Translations under genes and position numbers: made by a program | Notes under the pieces: model-generated | Told to the model about the DNA's origin: nothing | What the model saw: the letters and a program-made list of their open reading frames with translations, nothing else | Databases searched by the model: none | Shown: positions 58,746 through 64,000 of the stretch, in pieces | How the letters are laid out: the number at the start of each line of letters is the position of its first letter | Numbering within the stretch: position 1 is the stretch's first letter | Source: Holosporales bacterium | GTDB taxonomy: Bacteria > Pseudomonadota > Alphaproteobacteria > RUG11792 | Direction: 5' to 3' | Assembly (NCBI GenBank): GCA_031268935.1 | Contig: JAIRWL010000010.1 | Span: forward strand, 5,288-69,287 | Length of the DNA: 64,000 bases

Positions 58746-59476
58746 AAGGATATGAGACAGGCAATCCGACATCTTCAATCGAAAAAATTATCGGGAGGCA
58801 TTTGCGAGAAAAACGTCTCAAGAGAGGATTTACATTGGCAGAAGTTGCCTCTAAGATAGGAATATCCTATCAGCAGATTCAAAAATATGAGCAAGCGATT
58901 AGCAAGATTTCGGCCGGAGCATTATATCGGTTGTCCTCCCTATATGGAGTAGGTATCGAAAAGTTTTTTGAAGGACTGGGCGGGACGAGCGTGAGTACAA
59001 CCGGGGAATCGATTAATATTTTTGGGCACACCGGAAAGAAAGTTATCAATTTGCTGTTGGTCGAAGACAACCCTGGAGACGAAACGATAACTCGAAAAGC
59101 GCTAAATGCCTTCGGAGATCTCAACATATTATGTGTTCATGACGGTGGTCAGACCATGGAAGTTTTGAGGTACAAAACTCTTTGCCCGGACTTCCCAAGA
59201 CCAGATCTAATTTTTCTTGATATCTATATTCCTCGCAGAGATGGAATAGCCGTTCTTAAAGAAATTAAAAGAGATCGAGAGATTCAAGATATTCCGGTAG
59301 TAATCTTGACGAACAATACGCGTACCGACCTTATGGCTGAGGCTTACAAAAATGGTGCTTCTGGATATATTTGTAAATCGTTCGATTTCATTACTTTCAG
59401 AGAAAATTTAACTGATTGTATAAAATATTGGTCCAGCGCAGTAGTTCTTCCATCGGCCGCACGAAGAATCGAGTAA
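58742..59476 (+). CDS. Fusion of an N-terminal XRE-family HTH and a C-terminal Rcp1-like receiver domain
   Basis: HTH_XRE (IGRHLREKRLKRGFTLAEVASKIGISYQQIQKYEQAISKISAGALYRLS), then a receiver (LLLVEDNPGDE...RPDLIFLDIYIPRRDG...IPVVILTNN...GASGYICKS...YWSSAVVLPS). ATGA overlap with the kinase gene. Confidence 0.8.
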   Translation: MKGYETGNPTSSIEKIIGRHLREKRLKRGFTLAEVASKIGISYQQIQKYEQAISKISAGALYRLSSLYGVGIEKFFEGLGGTSVSTTGESINIFGHTGKKVINLLLVEDNPGDETITRKALNAFGDLNILCVHDGGQTMEVLRYKTLCPDFPRPDLIFLDIYIPRRDGIAVLKEIKRDREIQDIPVVILTNNTRTDLMAEAYKNGASGYICKSFDFITFRENLTDCIKYWSSAVVLPSAARRIE

Positions 59477-59626
59477 TTAAGTGATGCAAATGTTATGTAG
59501 TGATAGATATATTCAATCGATGATTCGTTACATGCTAACCGCTAGAGTTAAAACAGATTGACTAAAGAACAATAATTAGCTACGCTTCGCAAATCTAGGA
59601 ATTTAACAACAACTTAGGAGAAATAC

Positions 59627-62600
59627 ATGTTAATAATGGTTTCCAATAAAGAAGGGCGAGCTTACAGCAAAAGGAGACGGGCCCGTCAGGTATTAATCAC
59701 GACATTGTCTTTGGTTATGTTAGCTCCGCTGAGTACCGGGGCCAATGCAGCCGACCACATTCAACCCACATATTCAGCTGAAGTTGAGGAATGGCTAGGG
59801 CGGACCGAACGCTTGCAAGAACACCAATTGAGGCTGCTTATGGATGAGGTTCCTGATCAATTCTCGCAGGTGGCGGATTATTTTGGGCTTATTCGCGCCG
59901 GAATTAACCTCCTACAGGACGAACCCGCGGCAGGGGCTGCTGTAGATCCCCTTCTCCAGCGCCTCATAGAGGATACGCGAGACTGCATCCTGTGCCAACG
60001 TCCACCAAGAGATCAACTATCTGGCGCTCTGACAGAACTCCAAAATCTCAGAGACCAACTCCAATGGGTCAGAGATAAATTAGGGCCCATATGGACCAAT
60101 CCGCCAGTTTCTCCGACGGGACCCTCTGATCTCCCCGGAGCAGGAGCTCCCAATCCGCCACCTCTTGATCCGATGGCGCCCCCTGCTATCCAAGGAGCTC
60201 CGGAACCAGATGCCGCCCCCAGTCCCGGGACCGATGCAGCCGCCCACTTTCAACCCACCTATGCAGCTGAAGTTGTTGCGTGGCTAGGGCGGACCGAACT
60301 CTGGCTAGCACACCAAATGAGTCTGCGTGTGGCTCAGGTTCCTCCACACTTCCCAGAGGTGATTGATTATTTTGTGCTTATCCGCGCCGGAATTACGCTC
60401 CTACAGGACGAACCCGCGGCAGGGGCTGCTATAGATCCCCGTCTCCAGCGCCTCTTAGAGGCTACTCGAAACTTCCTCCTGTTCCAATCTGCCCCAAGGG
60501 ATCAACTATCTTTCGCTCTGACAGAACTCCAAAATCTCAGAGACCAACTCCAAGGGGTCAGAGGTAACTTAGGGCCCCTATTGCCCAATCCTCCAGTCCC
60601 TCCAGTTGCTCCGACGGGACCCGCTGATCTCCCCGGAGCAGGAGCCCCCAATCCGCCGCCTCTTGATCCGACGGCGCCCCCTGCTATCCAGGGAGCTCCG
60701 GAACCAGCTGCCGCCCCCATTCCCGTAATGACAAGTGAACAGTGGGGAGGCGCTGTCCAATCGTGGAAAGCGCAGGTGAAAGGATTGATAGACCGCCAAT
60801 CAGCTCAGGACCGGAGTGGTAGACACTGGACAAGGGACCAACTCCCTTACTACTTAGACTTGCTCCTTCTTGGTAGGCAGGTGTTGGAGCAGAGGCCCCC
60901 TAATGAGGGACCAGAGCTAATGGTCACCCTGTTGTGGGAAGTCCACGATGTGACAGTGGAATTCCTCGAATATATGGTTGCGACACCACCTGAGAGAGTC
61001 TCAGCCTGGGAAGCTTTCCGTGTGGCCACAGCTAATTTTCCTCCTGATTGCCGCCCTACTGCCAATAGGGGGACTGTAGCTCCGGCAAACCCGTCCCCGG
61101 CTCCTCCCCCATCGGGGCAAACCGCACAATTGCGAGGAAGTATTCGCAAATGGCTCGATGAGTATACCTCAAAATCTAGTGGAGACGGGACTGAGATGAC
61201 TCGTAACGCTCTATTAGGCTTTCTCTCTACTGGCTTGAGGCTTTTGGAGAACGTTGCTTATGATTGCGCGGGGTATTTCGATCTCCTTCTTGATTGGGTA
61301 TCCACACTACAATCTCAAATTGAGTTGTTGGACTGTTTTATGCTTAGTGAGTGCCCGTCCTCACCAGATACTGGCCATCCTACATTCTTTTCAGCCCCAA
61401 TAAAGGCGTTTCTATTGCAGCGTGGGTTGGACCCGGCCACGCTATCCACTGCCGGGTATCAAGTCGTGTCCGATGGAGCAAAGGCGCTTCTGTTGCTTTT
61501 GACGGTCCGCTGCGTTAACTGGATTTACTACCTCCTCCCAAGTAATCCCACGGCGCTGTTGACGGACGGGCTAGGATTGATTAAACAAAATGATTTACCC
61601 CCCTCTGTCCTCATTCCTGTAGCGCTGCGGTTGCATGATTTCGTAGATAATTTTGAATTCCCTTCATGTATGAGTCACTTGCCGCCTGAGTTTGCGACGC
61701 TTCCGAATGACTTAGCTCAAGCCCGGGAGTCCCGGCGACTCCTGCTAAACCATTTGCAAACCCCGTTATCTCCCACAGACTACCAGGCTTCGTTAGCTAA
61801 GATGACAACTCCTTTGGATGCCCAGCCGGGACCTCATGTAAGTGACCTAAGTACTGCTGTCTCTGAGTCCGATACCGCCGCGAGATCCTTCAGCGAAACC
61901 TATGGAGATGTAGCTGGAGCCCCACCGCCCGACCTGAACATGGGTGCTCCCCCCAGCCACCCTGTCGATTCCGATCCAGAAGCCGATAGAGGCCCAGGAG
62001 AACCCTCTGGAGATCCAGCCGTAGGCGCCCCACGTCCCGATGCGGAAATGATTGACCCAGACAACCCAGATGGGGAGGATGATGAGCATGAAGCCCCCAG
62101 TGTCGGATTCGACGGAGAGGCGATAGTCGACCCCGTTGTCCCCACAAGCCCTTTGGAGACCCAAATGAGGCCTCTCCTCGTTCCGTTGTATGAGGGGCTG
62201 GACCTTTTGGAGCAACTTGTGTCCAGTAATACGGCTGATTTAGACCTGATTGCCGACGTATCTACCAATATCTATGAAGGACTTCACCCGATCCGTCAGT
62301 CACTTCATGCTATTAGAGCAACCGATCCAGAATCTTTCGCCCGGCTCGACGACGAATTGACCGCCCTCCATGACAAGCGGCAGAGGGTAATGTGCCTATT
62401 CGCAGCTAATTTTTTTCCGACTGCCTTTGCCCTGGCCAATCGGAGTAAACAACGTATAGAGATTATGCTTAGCCTACCGAGAATAAACCCCTTTTCTTTC
62501 GATCCCCAGGTGCGGATGTTGTGCATCGCCTTACGGGTAGCGGAAATGGATGTATCCTATTCCAGACTTCCGCCAGAGTTGAGGAACTTGAGAGACGCTT

Positions 62601-63139
62601 TATATGATATATTGCAACAGTTTCCAACTATCCTGTCTGATATCAAAAGGCGGCTTCCCCCCGATCATTACGCCAACCTACACCGAAGTCTTGTGGCTGT
62701 GCCCTTCCCCCTCCACGGCGACACCGTCGAGGAAGAAGAAACAGAAGAACTCCCGGGAACAGGCCTACAAGGGTGGATCACATCATCACAATCGCCGCCT
62801 GCCTCCTTCTTACCGGGATCTCGAGGTGAATCATTCCCAGCCCCTGGAGCGGGAGGCGAACCGAGAGGCCCATTGGCGATAATGCCACTTGCTTTATTAA
62901 ACAACCATGCGCTGTTCAGAGATGTGAGACTTGAAGACCGGGTTTTCAAAGTAGAAACGACTGTCATACGTCGTCGAGATGATGTTAGGTTGTTGGGGCT
63001 ACCTCCCCTCTCAGACCAAAGTCTAGAACGAGGAATACGTAGAATGTTCGACACCGATACCCGGGAATTATCGCACCTGATAGTAGGCACTCAGTTGGTC
63101 GAAGTCCGCCGTATTCCTCAGGCGCCCACCCGACGATAA
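59627..63139 (+). CDS. Large secreted repeat protein (1170 aa)
   Basis: N-terminus M(LIM)VSNKEGRAYSKRRRARQVLITTLSLVMLAPLSTGANA (basic n-region plus hydrophobic core). Two 163-aa tandem modules, Pro-rich linkers and an acidic segment. No recognisable domain. Confidence 0.75.
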   Translation: MLIMVSNKEGRAYSKRRRARQVLITTLSLVMLAPLSTGANAADHIQPTYSAEVEEWLGRTERLQEHQLRLLMDEVPDQFSQVADYFGLIRAGINLLQDEPAAGAAVDPLLQRLIEDTRDCILCQRPPRDQLSGALTELQNLRDQLQWVRDKLGPIWTNPPVSPTGPSDLPGAGAPNPPPLDPMAPPAIQGAPEPDAAPSPGTDAAAHFQPTYAAEVVAWLGRTELWLAHQMSLRVAQVPPHFPEVIDYFVLIRAGITLLQDEPAAGAAIDPRLQRLLEATRNFLLFQSAPRDQLSFALTELQNLRDQLQGVRGNLGPLLPNPPVPPVAPTGPADLPGAGAPNPPPLDPTAPPAIQGAPEPAAAPIPVMTSEQWGGAVQSWKAQVKGLIDRQSAQDRSGRHWTRDQLPYYLDLLLLGRQVLEQRPPNEGPELMVTLLWEVHDVTVEFLEYMVATPPERVSAWEAFRVATANFPPDCRPTANRGTVAPANPSPAPPPSGQTAQLRGSIRKWLDEYTSKSSGDGTEMTRNALLGFLSTGLRLLENVAYDCAGYFDLLLDWVSTLQSQIELLDCFMLSECPSSPDTGHPTFFSAPIKAFLLQRGLDPATLSTAGYQVVSDGAKALLLLLTVRCVNWIYYLLPSNPTALLTDGLGLIKQNDLPPSVLIPVALRLHDFVDNFEFPSCMSHLPPEFATLPNDLAQARESRRLLLNHLQTPLSPTDYQASLAKMTTPLDAQPGPHVSDLSTAVSESDTAARSFSETYGDVAGAPPPDLNMGAPPSHPVDSDPEADRGPGEPSGDPAVGAPRPDAEMIDPDNPDGEDDEHEAPSVGFDGEAIVDPVVPTSPLETQMRPLLVPLYEGLDLLEQLVSSNTADLDLIADVSTNIYEGLHPIRQSLHAIRATDPESFARLDDELTALHDKRQRVMCLFAANFFPTAFALANRSKQRIEIMLSLPRINPFSFDPQVRMLCIALRVAEMDVSYSRLPPELRNLRDALYDILQQFPTILSDIKRRLPPDHYANLHRSLVAVPFPLHGDTVEEEETEELPGTGLQGWITSSQSPPASFLPGSRGESFPAPGAGGEPRGPLAIMPLALLNNHALFRDVRLEDRVFKVETTVIRRRDDVRLLGLPPLSDQSLERGIRRMFDTDTRELSHLIVGTQLVEVRRIPQAPTRR
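59750..60728 (+). repeat. 2 x 489-bp in-frame tandem duplication
   Basis: gccgaccacattcaacccacatattcagctgaagttg at 59750 against gccgcccactttcaacccacctatgcagctgaagttg at 60239. The protein modules H(I/F)QPTY(S/A)AEV..WLGRTE...LIRAGI.LLQDEPAAGAA.DP.LQRL...LTELQNLRDQLQ...GAGAPNPPPLDP.APPAIQGAPEP.AAP are repeated. Confidence 0.85.
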
Positions 63140-63304
63140 TCTACTCTCGATGGATTTAAACTTATCAAATCAGAATGGCGGCAGATGATTAACCAGTAGC
63201 TCACTGAGTCGTACATACTAAGTGACTCTCCAGCTCTCGAGCTTTTTTTAAGTTGCGGGGGCTGGATGTTCTCTCAATCCACCTACCTAGATTGCTCTAG
63301 AGGA

Positions 63305-63574
63305 GGGGTGTCTAGAGATTGTCGGGCTTATAGCATCAGACATTTAATCTGAACTGCTGCTTCACAAATGAACTCACTCCTTTAGTATATCTCGTTACGA
63401 TTCCTCATCTATCCTCGCAACCTCTCAAGGTCGTTTCATTATCCTGGGGGTGTCTAGAGATAGTCGGACTTATAGCATCAAACATTTAATCTGAACTGCT
63501 GCTTCCAAGGAACTCACTCTTTTAGTATATCTCGTTCCTATCCCTCTCTAGCCTCGCGACCTCTCAAGATCGTT
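63305..63574 (+). repeat. Two copies of an approximately 130-bp noncoding unit (period 142 bp)
   Basis: ggggtgtctagagat.gtcgg.cttatagcatca.acatttaatctgaactgctgcttc...gaactcactc.tttagtatatctcgtt...cctcgc.acctctcaag.tcgtt at 63305-63435 and 63447-63574. Confidence 0.75.
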
Positions 63575-64000
63575 GTCTATCAACTGTCTCTTCTTTTATA
63601 CAACTCGTTATTAGAGAGAAGTAGAGGATGTATTACCCGGTCGTGATCCCAGACTCTTCAGCTGTCCCTCTGATAACATCCCAGCATATTGGACTGTTTG
63701 TATCCGTTCGACCTGTGTACAATCCGCCGTCGTACCGTCCTGTAGCAAAAATTATGACCGAAATACCAAGATCTCCCTCAATAACAGACGTATCTTACCG
63801 GTGACTCCCTTTTTTTTGAGACTTTCGTTTATTTAATTTCCTCCCCATACTTAAAATTTCTTCCCCATACTTTAAAGAGTGTGTTGATTGGATATCAATT
63901 TATTCAATTCGTCTCCCGCTCTTATAATACCTGTCCTAGCGGTGGCCTGTAACTCGTAGTCTGCCCCTACCAGATCGAACGGCACCATGGGCGGAATGAG

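Overview
This is an AT-rich, reduced-looking Gram-negative chromosome segment, probably from a host-associated alphaproteobacterium (inference from gene content). The backbone carries housekeeping genes: rph, leuS, rplI, ugd-like, ftsZ, ftsA, tsaD, holC, nusB, rpsI, rplM, an OmpR-type regulator, rpsA, kdsA, pepP-like, a phosphoethanolamine transferase, pal, ftsB, lolC/E, tRNA-Ser and tRNA-Val. At least seven clearly G+C-rich blocks interrupt it (about 7.44-16.8, 17.34-19.99, 23.95-28.26, 35.47-39.15, 49.29-51.25, 55.2-56.46 and 59.7-63.6 kb). Almost every long ORF in these blocks has an AT-rich 5' end encoding a Sec-type signal peptide. It then switches to GC-rich sequence that is Pro/Gly/Gln/Glu/Arg-rich, repeat-containing or coiled-coil, with no domain I can recognise. 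Two paralogous families are visible. Family A has three genes sharing a promoter and signal peptide, and one is broken. Family B is a roughly 1.48-kb tandem duplication. Three island genes are interrupted exactly at G/C homopolymer tracts. The window also holds an isolated T6SS sheath operon (tssB-tssC) followed by an HtrA-like protein whose catalytic triad appears substituted. Other items are a histidine kinase plus an unusual XRE-HTH/receiver fusion just upstream of a 1170-aa secreted repeat protein, two copies of a small GcrA/Myb-like HTH gene cassette at island borders, a YefM-YoeB toxin-antitoxin pair, and a Vat-type acetyltransferase. No CRISPR array, rRNA or recognisable transposase was seen. 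All calls come from reading the translations and sequence by eye; no database search was run.
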